64,000 nucleotides of DNA from an uncultured Spirochaetota bacterium (lineage in GTDB: Bacteria > Spirochaetota > Brevinematia > Brevinematales > JAOACQ01): positions 352,001-416,000 of the forward strand of contig CAWAOD010000005.1 in assembly GCA_963783575.1 (NCBI GenBank). The letters are read 5' to 3'. A model generated the notes under the pieces. The model was not told the DNA's origin. It searched no databases and saw only the letters and a program-made list of their open reading frames with translations. The position numbers were made by a program, and so were the translations under genes. Shown here in pieces: positions 19,040-28,806 of this stretch (positions are counted from its first letter, which is position 1; the number at the start of each line of letters is the position of its first letter).

Positions 19040-19147
19040 AATGAAAACTATGAAGAGATTGATATTGATGGATTAATGAACAAAAGCAACCTTCTTTCTT
19101 GCCTTCAAGAAAAAGGTATGAAAGCCATATGCCGCGGCTTTGCGGCA

Positions 19148-20509
19148 TCATGCGGTTCCGCCGTACTTCTTCCAATTCCTTCTTGTAAAATAAAGCATCA
19201 ATGCTATAACCGGAATAAGCGCCAGCGCCCACCAGCTTAATTTAAAAACCTGAAGAAGCCAGTAACGGAAGAGGTTTCCCCCGTCAATAAAGCTTGTAAT
19301 TACACCGTCATAACCCTCAAACTTGAAATTTATCTTTTGAGCGATCGATGTAAAGAACCCCGCCAGCTGAGAAGCGGCATAGAGTTTTCCGATTATTATT
19401 GGAATCCCGATAAGGAAACCCCGAATCACATCGCCTTTAACCGCAACCATCACAAGAGCCATCATTCCGACAATATTGGGGAGATCTCCAAGTGGTATGA
19501 ATTTTATTCCGGGAAGTATAAAGGCAAGGATCAATGCCACCGGGATCAATAGAAAAGCGGTAACCACAATGGATGAGTTGCCTACGATTACTGCGACGTC
19601 AAGTCCTATTGAATAGCCGGCCATATCCGGAAAATATTTTTTTAGGAAATTCTTCATTCCTTCTGAAAATATCATTAAACCGGCTGACAGGACACCCGAC
19701 ATCAAAGGCAGGATATAAACCACAGCCGCCATGCTGAAAGCCAGTTCAAGGATTTCACGAATCCGATACCTGGCACCTATACCGAGTAATGTACCGATTA
19801 TGAATCCTATTATCATCGGTTCTCCAAGAATTCCGATTTTCTTTTTTATATTGTCAGGATTTGCTTTTAGTTTATTTATGAATGGAATTTTAGCAATTGC
19901 TTTATCTCCAATTACTCCAACTGGATAGTAAACCGCTGCCGATAGCGTTGAAATGGCAATTCCGGGCAGGCCTGAAAATTTGTTCACAAACGGTGCGCTC
20001 CAGTCTGCGAGCTTAAGGGTCACAATCGATGCGATAACTGCGGCGGCTATCGATAAATAAATATTGCCGGTTGCTTCCTGAACAAGCGCTCCCATAATTA
20101 TAAAATGCCAGTAGTTCCAGATGTCTATGTTTACGATTTTAGTCCATTTAAAAAAAAGCATGGCAAAATTTACCGCCAGGAGAAGAACAAGTAACAACGG
20201 CGCAAGTCCATATGACCAGGTGATTGCGGCAAGCGGAGGCCAGCCGACATCCAGCACATTGAGGTGAAGGCCGGTCTGTGAAATCAGTGATTTTACAGCC
20301 GGGCCGATGCTTTTAACAAAAAAGCCGAATATAACAAAAATCCCGATAAACCCGATTCCGATTGTAAGAGATGATTTGATTGCCTGTGTTAATTTGATCT
20401 TGAAAGTAAGAGAAAAAATGAATATTATCAGGGGTAGCATCACATACGCTTTGAAACTCAGGATATAATTTATGGCTTCGCTAATTATATGCATTAGGAA
20501 CTCCGGCAA
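19148..20509 (-). CDS. PTS galactitol-type IIC permease (no IIA/IIB nearby)
   Basis: DVGWP, VNIDIWNYWH, GEPMIIGFIIG, IGLD, PLGDL. Confidence 0.85.
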   Translation of the reverse strand: MPEFLMHIISEAINYILSFKAYVMLPLIIFIFSLTFKIKLTQAIKSSLTIGIGFIGIFVIFGFFVKSIGPAVKSLISQTGLHLNVLDVGWPPLAAITWSYGLAPLLLVLLLAVNFAMLFFKWTKIVNIDIWNYWHFIIMGALVQEATGNIYLSIAAAVIASIVTLKLADWSAPFVNKFSGLPGIAISTLSAAVYYPVGVIGDKAIAKIPFINKLKANPDNIKKKIGILGEPMIIGFIIGTLLGIGARYRIREILELAFSMAAVVYILPLMSGVLSAGLMIFSEGMKNFLKKYFPDMAGYSIGLDVAVIVGNSSIVVTAFLLIPVALILAFILPGIKFIPLGDLPNIVGMMALVMVAVKGDVIRGFLIGIPIIIGKLYAASQLAGFFTSIAQKINFKFEGYDGVITSFIDGGNLFRYWLLQVFKLSWWALALIPVIALMLYFTRRNWKKYGGTA

Positions 20510-20655
20510 TTGTATTAATTTGAAGAATTATCTTCAATATGAACATGATAGTTAATTATTGATTTAATTTCAAAGATTTGTTAAGATCATTAATCAGGTA
20601 AAAAGATTTCCTGACGTTAAAGGGTGAGCACTTTGTAACTTATTTAAGCAGGGTT

Positions 20656-21726
20656 TTGATGAATAAAAATCTGTTAAGTTATTATTTAAATTCAATCGAA
20701 CCTTATACTCCCGGTGAACAGCCAAGGAATAGCGATATTATTAAGCTGAATACAAACGAGAATCCCTATCCTCCTTCACCGAAAGTTCTGGAGGCTATCT
20801 CTGAGATCAAGAGTGAAAACTTGAGGCTTTATCCCGATCCGGAATGCCTTGAGCTGAGAGAAGTTATAGCTTATTGCTACCGGCTTCGTTACGACGAGGT
20901 TTTTATCGGGAACGGTTCGGATGAGATAATATCAATGGCATTTATGGCTTTTTTTAAAAAAAGGAAACCTATTTTGTTTTCTGATATAACATACAGTTTT
21001 TATAAAGTCTGCGCCTCACTTCTGGAAATTCCATATGAAATCGTTATACTTGATTCAGATTTCAATTTCATAATTGATCAATATAATAAGGATAATGACG
21101 GTATTATAATGGCAAATCCGAACGCTCCGACCGGCATGGAAATATCTCTTGATATTATCGAAGAAATTGTTAAATCAAATCCGGGACGGGTTGTTATTAT
21201 CGATGAAGCATATATGGGGTTCGGCGCGGTTTCAGCCGTTCCGCTGATCAAAAAATATCCGAATTTATTAATAATCCAGACATTATCGAAATCTCACTCA
21301 TTAGCGGGTATAAGGGTCGGATTTGCTCTCGGCGATAATTCCCTTATCGACGGACTATGGAAGGTTAAAAACTGCTTTAATTCATATACGGTTGATAGAA
21401 TTGCCCAGGCTTGCGCTAAAGCATCTTTGCTTGATTTTGATTATTTAAAAAATACCTCTGGGAAAATTATCGGAACCAGGGATTGGTCGATAAAAGCTTT
21501 GAAAGAAGCCGGTTTTAATGTATTAGATTCTAAAGCCAATTTTATCTTCACGGCCAATAATGCTGTCAGAGCTCCGGTAATTTTTGAATTTCTGAAGAAA
21601 GAAGGCATTCTTGTGAGACATTTTAATGATAAAAGAATAGAAAACTACCTCAGGATAAGTATAGGGCAGGATGAAGAAATGAATGCGTTGCTTGAGTCAT
21701 TAAAAAAGATTATTCCACAGAAATGA
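20656..21726 (+). CDS. hisC: Histidinol-phosphate aminotransferase
   Basis: KLNTNENPYPPSP, GNGSDEI, NPNAPTG, DEAY, TLSKSHSLAGIRVG. Confidence 0.92.
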   Translation: MMNKNLLSYYLNSIEPYTPGEQPRNSDIIKLNTNENPYPPSPKVLEAISEIKSENLRLYPDPECLELREVIAYCYRLRYDEVFIGNGSDEIISMAFMAFFKKRKPILFSDITYSFYKVCASLLEIPYEIVILDSDFNFIIDQYNKDNDGIIMANPNAPTGMEISLDIIEEIVKSNPGRVVIIDEAYMGFGAVSAVPLIKKYPNLLIIQTLSKSHSLAGIRVGFALGDNSLIDGLWKVKNCFNSYTVDRIAQACAKASLLDFDYLKNTSGKIIGTRDWSIKALKEAGFNVLDSKANFIFTANNAVRAPVIFEFLKKEGILVRHFNDKRIENYLRISIGQDEEMNALLESLKKIIPQK

Positions 21727-21768
21727 AGAACTGCCTGATTTAATAAATTTCTTTAAAGGAGGCCTAAA

Positions 21769-22170
21769 TTGGTTTATAGAATGAATGAAGAATTGGTAAA
21801 TGCCGTTCTGGAATCTTTGCCGGTGGAAATAACCGTTATTGATGATAAAGACGAAGTGGTGGGATGGAATAAACATGAAAACAGGCTTTTCACAAGGCCT
21901 GCAACATCAATGGGGCTTAATTTCAGGAACTGTCATCCCCAGGAAAGTCTTCCGAAAGTTGAAATGATAGTCGGTGAAATGAAGGAAGGAAAACGCGACT
22001 CGGCAAGATTCTGGATTGATCTGCCAGTCGGGCCGGAAAAACATAAGATCCTGATCGAATTTTTTGCCATGCGCGGTTATGACGGTAAATATCTCGGCTG
22101 TATGGAATGTACAAGGGATATTGAAGATATTATTCACCTTGAAGGTGAAAGAAGACTGCTGGATGAATAA
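21769..22170 (+). CDS. Stand-alone PAS-domain protein (PAS_10/DUF438-like)
   Basis: LPVEITVID, NCHP, DGKYLGCME. Confidence 0.75.
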   Translation: MVYRMNEELVNAVLESLPVEITVIDDKDEVVGWNKHENRLFTRPATSMGLNFRNCHPQESLPKVEMIVGEMKEGKRDSARFWIDLPVGPEKHKILIEFFAMRGYDGKYLGCMECTRDIEDIIHLEGERRLLDE

Positions 22171-22202
22171 TGTAAATTAATTAAAATAAGGAGCTTGATT
22201 GA

Positions 22203-23267
22203 ATGCGGTTGGACCACATCGGCATCGAAGTGAATGACATTTATAAAATGGAGCTGTTCTATAAAAAAATGTTCGGTTTCATGGAAACTTATCGCTATAT
22301 AAGCATGAATCATCCGGGACTTCGAACGGTTTTTCTTGAAAAGGACGGGCTCAGGCTTGAGCTCCTTGAAAGGCCGGAGAATAAAGATTTATACAAGAAT
22401 TATAACCGGCCCTTTCATATTTCCATCGAGGTTGAAAATGTTGATTCGGAATTTAAGCGTTTGTCGGACCTTGGCGCAGAATCATTGAAGAAGCCCAGGG
22501 ATACAGGCGATGGTTACCGTGAGCTGGTTCTAAACGATCCTGAAGGCAATACGGTCGAGCTTGCCCGAAGGATTAAAAAGGAACCGGTTTACCCTGTAAA
22601 AGGAGTGATATTTGATCTTGACGGGACTTTGATAGACAGCGAAGAAATTTATTATGAATCCGACAGGATTCTTATGGCCGGATACGGGATTGATCTTTCC
22701 CGGGAAATGAAAAATAAGTATGTCGGGATTTCGGCAATTGAAATGATGAGTGAATTGAAAGAGATTTATAATTTACCTGATTCCGTTGATGAACTTGTCC
22801 GAAAGAAAAATGATTACTATTTAAAAATTGCGAAAAAAAAATCAATCATATTTCCCGAAATGTTAAAATTCCTTAAAATGATAAAAAATAGCGGTTTTCC
22901 GACAGCGGTGGCTTCCGGAACCTCTCAGACAATTCTGGACAGGCTTCTGATTGTGCTGGATTTGAAAAAGTACTTTGATGCGATAGTTTCCGCTGAGTCC
23001 GTTAATAAAGGAAAACCGGCACCGGATATCTTTCTGAAGACTGCAAAAGATCTTGGGATCGATCCGCAGTTTTTTGCCGTAGTCGAGGATTCTAGATATG
23101 GCGTTGAAGCAGCAGGAAGGGCTTTTATGCGCTGCATCGCAGTCCCGTACTTGCAGGTTAAACCCCTTCATGAGAGCTTTTTAACGGCAGGACTTCTTTT
23201 TGAAAACGGAATGACGGATTTTCAAGCCGAAAAAGCATTGGAATGGGTCAAGAACAGCGGATTATAA
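22203..23267 (+). CDS. VOC/glyoxalase domain fused to HAD-IA phosphatase
   Basis: LDHIGIEV...HISIEV...DPEGNTVEL, then IFDLDGTLIDSE, GKPAPDIFL, VEDSRYG. Confidence 0.85.
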   Translation: MRLDHIGIEVNDIYKMELFYKKMFGFMETYRYISMNHPGLRTVFLEKDGLRLELLERPENKDLYKNYNRPFHISIEVENVDSEFKRLSDLGAESLKKPRDTGDGYRELVLNDPEGNTVELARRIKKEPVYPVKGVIFDLDGTLIDSEEIYYESDRILMAGYGIDLSREMKNKYVGISAIEMMSELKEIYNLPDSVDELVRKKNDYYLKIAKKKSIIFPEMLKFLKMIKNSGFPTAVASGTSQTILDRLLIVLDLKKYFDAIVSAESVNKGKPAPDIFLKTAKDLGIDPQFFAVVEDSRYGVEAAGRAFMRCIAVPYLQVKPLHESFLTAGLLFENGMTDFQAEKALEWVKNSGL

Positions 23268-23310
23268 AACAGGCACTTCTAATAACTCATTTTTAGAAAA
23301 TGGAGAATTT

Positions 23311-24888
23311 GTGATAGAAATATTGCATGCCAAGGATGGAAATAAAACCTTAAAAAAGAACGGTATTTATCTTTTAAGTCCTTATCATCCCGGCTTGGAT
23401 GTAGAAAAATTTCTCGATAAACGATTCTCTTCTTCTGATAAGCAATTTTACATCCTTTTCGGCGGCGCATTGGGATATCTTCCTGAAGCATTATTGAAAA
23501 GAAGCATCAAACCGGAAGATATTTTTTTATTTGAACCCGAAAAGGAATTCGAGCCGGATTTTCAATACAGATTTTCCGGAATTAATATTATAAGCTATTC
23601 GGCAGCTTATTATCAGGAGTTTGAGAAACGGCTTTTATCCAAAAAAAAGCCGGTTATCCTAGCAATGGAATCCTTTAAAAAGGCTTACCCGGATTTATAT
23701 GATTGGTTTTCTAATTTTATTTCCCTGGAACTTAAAACGGCTGTTGAAAATCTGAAGGTGAGCGCTTATTTTTCAAAGGTTTGGTTTATTAATTTTATAA
23801 GGAATATGAGTAACGCAATATACGGTGAGCGATTCTATTCTTATGTTAAAAACGGCTTAAGTATTGATATGACTGTTATTGTTACCGCGGCAGGGCCTTC
23901 TTTAAACAAATACCTTGAAGATTTAAAAAAAAACAGGGATAATTTAATAATTCTTAGTGTTTTATCTTCAGCAGCGACATTGCTTAAAAGCGGAATCCGG
24001 CCGGATTTTGTGATCGTAAGTGATGCTGGAGTAAGTAACAGGCTTTACTCTTATAATCTTCCACAGGATATCCCTGTCTTTGCAAGCGTTTATGCCAGCA
24101 GTTCACTTATCTCCGTAATAAAAAACCCGATAATTTTTTACGATCTGGAACAGGAAATCGAAAATCCTTCTTTCCAGCTTAAGTATCCCTCGGTTACTAT
24201 TGACGCCGGATTAATAGCAAAAAGATTTTTTAAGGAAATATCCGTAAACAGAAATAATAAATCTAATATTGTTTTTTGCGGATTTGACCTTTCCCATTCC
24301 ATTAATTACGGAAGCCACAGCAGGTATAATGCTCTCATGGATTTGCGCGAAACAAAGTATAGTAGGTTGAATACAATAACGGGCGGTTTGAGCTCATTTA
24401 TGGCCGGGAAGGATTTGGTTCCCTCAGTAGTTCCGGGGTATTACACGGAATCTAGGTTTTTAATGGTCAAAAAACTCGCTGAAACCTGCTTTAAAGGCTG
24501 TTATTATCTTTCGGGCGGAAACCGCTTCAATGGATTGAAAGAAATAAGCTCATTATCTGATATCTTACAGGGCGGTGCCCATATTGATAAGGAAAAAGAA
24601 CTGGATAAAATAAGAAATAATTTTCAGGCGATAAAAAGCGGGAACTCATCAATTCCAGGTGTCATAAATAAAATAAAGATTAATCTTAAAGATAATATCA
24701 GTTTAAACAAAAACGATGTATCAAATGAGTATTCCGGAAATATAAATCAAAATATTTTCATAAGGGAAATTCTGTCAGAAATACCGGTTGATAAAATCGG
24801 CAGGTATTACCTGAATAAAATAAATAAAATAACGGCACATAAAGATTACAGCTCTTTTAACCATTCTTCCCAGGCTTCCGGCCGGTAA
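23311..24888 (+). CDS. MAF/MptE-like (DUF115) protein
   Basis: LLSPYHP, AAGPSL, GIRPDFV, IVFCGFDLS. Confidence 0.7.
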   Translation: MIEILHAKDGNKTLKKNGIYLLSPYHPGLDVEKFLDKRFSSSDKQFYILFGGALGYLPEALLKRSIKPEDIFLFEPEKEFEPDFQYRFSGINIISYSAAYYQEFEKRLLSKKKPVILAMESFKKAYPDLYDWFSNFISLELKTAVENLKVSAYFSKVWFINFIRNMSNAIYGERFYSYVKNGLSIDMTVIVTAAGPSLNKYLEDLKKNRDNLIILSVLSSAATLLKSGIRPDFVIVSDAGVSNRLYSYNLPQDIPVFASVYASSSLISVIKNPIIFYDLEQEIENPSFQLKYPSVTIDAGLIAKRFFKEISVNRNNKSNIVFCGFDLSHSINYGSHSRYNALMDLRETKYSRLNTITGGLSSFMAGKDLVPSVVPGYYTESRFLMVKKLAETCFKGCYYLSGGNRFNGLKEISSLSDILQGGAHIDKEKELDKIRNNFQAIKSGNSSIPGVINKIKINLKDNISLNKNDVSNEYSGNINQNIFIREILSEIPVDKIGRYYLNKINKITAHKDYSSFNHSSQASGR

Positions 24889-25187
24889 CCGGCCGTGGCT
24901 TTTCTCCCGTTTCTGACAACAGGCGTTTTAAAAAGCAGAGGATCGGTTAGCAATTCGGCTTCGATATCGAAAGCCATATATTTCAAATTCCGCTTCTGAA
25001 ATTCCTTTCCTTCCCTGTCGATAAGGTTTTCCAGACCGGCTGAATTTTTAACGCTTTCCAATTCTCCCTTTGACATATTCTTTTCATTTAAATCAATAAA
25101 CTGATACGCGATTCCGCGTTCTTTAAAAAACCTTTCGGCTTTTTGGGTGTCCCTGCATTTTCTGGTTCCGAAAATCTGGATATTCAT
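24846..25187 (-). CDS. ArsC/Spx-family protein
   Basis: IQIFGTRKCRDTQKAERFFKER, LFKTPVVRNG. Confidence 0.85.
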   Translation of the reverse strand: MNIQIFGTRKCRDTQKAERFFKERGIAYQFIDLNEKNMSKGELESVKNSAGLENLIDREGKEFQKRNLKYMAFDIEAELLTDPLLFKTPVVRNGRKATAGYRPEAWEEWLKEL

Positions 25188-25204
25188 GCTTATTTCCTGT
25201 TAGA

Positions 25205-26520
25205 TTATTTATTTATATTTTCCAAAAATATACATTCTTTAATTACTTTTAAATTTACCAGCAATAAATTAATAATGAGCATTGAAATCGGAACGTCGGC
25301 AAAAATATAAAACATTCCTATATATTTTACAAGTATTCCCCCGATAAGATAGCCGGCAGGTACTAAAAAAGCGGTAACCATGCCATTCAAGCCCCAAAAC
25401 CTGCCCCTGTATTCATCGGATGTGAATTGCTGCATTAATAAATTGGTAGTAACAAAAAAGCTTGTCAAACCGATACCAAGAATAATTCCCCCAAACATAA
25501 AGATGTAAGTCATATTCCAATTGCTGATATTTGACTGTACCTGCGGAAACAGAGCGAGAGAAACCAGCATTTCACATAAACTGTACGATAACAGGCTCAG
25601 GAAAATAATTTTTCTAATTTTAAATCGATTGACAAACCCCGAGCAATAACCGATCCGATAACAAGCCCTATCCAGCCGCCGCTCAACGCCAGCGCTAATT
25701 GAAGCGGCGCGGACTTTAGAATTACATTGAACAGGTATGGGATATAGACCGAAATTGTCGGTTGTATAATAAATGATGTCAATGCTCCTGTCAGCAGCAG
25801 GTTAAAAACTAAGGCATTGTTTTTCACGTAAACAAAGCCTTCGAATAATTCTTTAAATACTTTTTTTGTTTCTTTTAATAAAGATACACTTTTTGCATTG
25901 AATGCCCTGATAAATGGTAAAGTGATATTATTCTCTAAAACAGCGGAGACAAAATATGATACGGCATTAATCATAAATAAAACAAACACACCGGTCAGGT
26001 TGTATAATGCACCGCTTATTATGAATCCTGTTGCCGCACAAAAAGTAAAAACAAACTGGCTCATAGATATAGCTTCTGCCAGCTGCTCTTTTTCAGCAAT
26101 ATTCGGAAGAATTGCTGTGGATGCAGGATTAAATACCGCTCCGCAGCTTCCCAGGAACATAGCGCTTATATAAAGTATCCATATCCGGAGCGTATGGTTA
26201 TAAAATAATATTGCGACCGTTAATACTACCAGACCCCTGATTATATCCATCCATACCATTATTAATTTTCTGTTGAATCTATCCGCAATAACACCGCCGA
26301 ACATTGAAACAAAAACAATAGACAGGTTATCTATCACTAAAAAAGAGGCCATTTTTAAACCTGATTTTGTTATATCGAGGATATACCAGCTTAATGCAAA
26401 CGCATAAATCTGGTCACCTAACTGTGAAATAACTTTACCTGAAAATAAAAGTTGAAAATTTCGATTTAGAAACACACTCCTTTGTTTTGACATACTTAAA
26501 TTATCAAAACCGTTTCCCAC
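25205..26520 (-). CDS. MFS transporter (MFS_3/DHA3-like), split by a single-base deletion near 25637-25640
   Basis: ISQLGDQ, GGVIADRFNRK, EYRGRFWG; adding one G joins the two ORFs. Confidence 0.8.
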
Positions 26521-26790
26521 CCTTTCCTCCTTTAATAATACTATATCATAAATAAGTCTATTACACAATTCATTCAACCGCAATCCATGTAATTCAAATA
26601 TTTTATAAAATTTAATAATTAAGAATATTGACAAATAATATAAACCTATGTATGCTTGAGATTGTTGGAATTTTAGCTGTATGGGGCTATATCCTTTAAC
26701 TGAAAATAAACATCGATGTTATAAAAGACATTCTTTAATAATCAATAACCGGTAATAAATATAAATTAATTGGTCATTAAGGAAATTTGA

Positions 26791-28707
26791 ATGAAACGGT
26801 TTAACTCTGATCTTGTTCAAAAGAATCTGGTTATTCAATTTATTATTATAATATTTTTCAGTATACTGTATTATTTTATATTCATTTTACTTTACAATAC
26901 AACAGGAAATATCATAGCGGCAATACCGTTGATATTTATAATTATATCCGGATGGTTTTCCGGTATAATTGGAGGAACTGTATCGGGGTTTATTTTTTTT
27001 ATAATAAACTTTATTCTCTTTTCGGTTATTAAAGGCTATTCTATTTCGGATAATTTAAATAATATTCCATATAATCTCTCTTTGCCGCTGACCGGAGCTA
27101 TAACTGGTCTGATAAAAGAGCTTCTTATAAAAACGTGGAAGCAATCCGAACAATTAAAACAGGTAAATAAAAATTTAGAAAATGATGTAATAATGAGAAA
27201 AAAGGCAGAAAAAGCGCTGGCAGAAGATAAGGAATATCTTTCGGCTGTTTTAAAAAACATTGGAGAAGGAGTAATTTTCGCAGATACCGGTATCAGGATA
27301 GCATTAATGAATGAAGCGGCGGAAAATCTTACTGGATGGAATAGGAATGGGGCTTATGGAATGCTTTTATCCGAAGTATTCAAAATTAAAGACAAAATAC
27401 TAAATGGCGTTGAACCGATCGAATTTCCCAACCAAGCTCAACTAATCTCTAAAAATGGGGCGGAAATTTCAATTATTCTGAGTGGAGCAGCGGTTTATGA
27501 TAAAGAAAAAAATATTCTTGGAACCGTATTAGTATTTAGAGATATTACTGAAAAAAAAATAATAGAGGACAAACTGGCAAAGGCTCAAAAACAGGAATCA
27601 ATCGGAATTCTTGCCGGCGGTATAGCCCATGATTTTAATAATCTGCTTACGGGTATTTTCGGTTTTATCGAATTGGCAAGAGAAGATTTACCTGAAGATT
27701 CGGAAGCCTTTCATTTGCTGGGTGATGCTATGAAAGTCTCTAATAAAGCAAAGGATTTGACCAGGCGTCTCCTAACATTTTCAAAGGGTGGCCTGCCTGT
27801 TAAGAAAACCGTTTCCATAAAAGAGATGATTAAATATAAATATCGTTATGTTTTAGCTGATGATAACATAAAGTGCAATTATGAAATACCGGATAATCTC
27901 TGGCTTTGCGATATAGATGAAGATCAGGTTAGACAGGCGATTGACAATATAATTATCAATGCCAGGCAGGCATCGCCTGAAGATGGTATTGTCACATTAA
28001 AGGCGGAAAATATAATAATCGGGCGGGACAGCGAGCTTCCTCTTGAAAATGGGCTATATGTAAAAATCTCAATTATCGATCATGGTATAGGAATTCCACC
28101 GGAAATCCAGAACTATATTTTCGATCCTTTCTTTACAACAAAACCTGAAGGTAACGGACTTGGTCTCACCGCGGCTTTTTCAATAATACAGAAGCATTCG
28201 GGTTTTCTGGATATGCAGTCGGAAAAAGGTAAAGGGACTGTTTTCAATATTTATCTACCTGTTGCTCATAATGAAGGAATAATTAAAGAAGTTACTTCAG
28301 ACGGATCTGACCAAAAAAATAAACAGCCGGGATATAGAAAAATTCTTGTCATGGATGATGAAAAATATATTCTAGATCTTACAAGTAAGCTATTGAATAA
28401 ATCCGGATATAGCGTTGAAGTTGCTCTAAATGGCCTGGAAGCTTATGATAAATATAAAAAAGCATTTGAATCAAATAATCCTTTCGATCTGGTTATCCTT
28501 GATTTGACTATGTCTTCCGGTCCCGGCGGCAAAGAAACTCTTGTAATGCTGGCAGGTATCGATCCCGGCGTTAAAGCCGTCGCTTCCAGCGGATATTCCG
28601 AAGATCCGGTTATGGCAGAGCCACATGCAAACGGTTTTATAGGTACTCTTCCGAAACCTTATACATATCCCGATTTGCATAAAATCCTTCAGAAATACTC
28701 TAAGTGA
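26791..28707 (+). CDS. Membrane hybrid sensor histidine kinase (PAS, HisKA, HATPase, REC)
   Basis: GIAHDFNNLL, INARQA, DHGIGI, FDPFFTTK, GLGL, LVMDDE, DLVILD. Confidence 0.92.
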   Translation: MKRFNSDLVQKNLVIQFIIIIFFSILYYFIFILLYNTTGNIIAAIPLIFIIISGWFSGIIGGTVSGFIFFIINFILFSVIKGYSISDNLNNIPYNLSLPLTGAITGLIKELLIKTWKQSEQLKQVNKNLENDVIMRKKAEKALAEDKEYLSAVLKNIGEGVIFADTGIRIALMNEAAENLTGWNRNGAYGMLLSEVFKIKDKILNGVEPIEFPNQAQLISKNGAEISIILSGAAVYDKEKNILGTVLVFRDITEKKIIEDKLAKAQKQESIGILAGGIAHDFNNLLTGIFGFIELAREDLPEDSEAFHLLGDAMKVSNKAKDLTRRLLTFSKGGLPVKKTVSIKEMIKYKYRYVLADDNIKCNYEIPDNLWLCDIDEDQVRQAIDNIIINARQASPEDGIVTLKAENIIIGRDSELPLENGLYVKISIIDHGIGIPPEIQNYIFDPFFTTKPEGNGLGLTAAFSIIQKHSGFLDMQSEKGKGTVFNIYLPVAHNEGIIKEVTSDGSDQKNKQPGYRKILVMDDEKYILDLTSKLLNKSGYSVEVALNGLEAYDKYKKAFESNNPFDLVILDLTMSSGPGGKETLVMLAGIDPGVKAVASSGYSEDPVMAEPHANGFIGTLPKPYTYPDLHKILQKYSK

Positions 28708-28800
28708 GTCAGTCAGTCAGTTAGTCTGCTGGTTCGCTAGTTGTTTCATGCCAATAAGCTACTGACTAACGGACTAGCCGACTGGCTGGCTTTTGACTAA
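28706..28800. repeat. Degenerate AGTC-rich array followed by its GACT-rich complement, site 1
   Basis: GAGTCAGTCAGTCAGTTAGTC ... ACTGACTAACGGACTAGCCGACTGGCTGGC between convergent genes. Confidence 0.7.
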
Positions 28801-28806
28801 TATCAA

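Noticed and set aside
7000..19147. Canonical integron
   Set aside because: No intI, no complete attC hairpins, and only the first gene has a GTTRRRY core.
19148..20509. Orphan PTS IIC as a novelty
   Set aside because: Stand-alone galactitol-type IIC genes are common.
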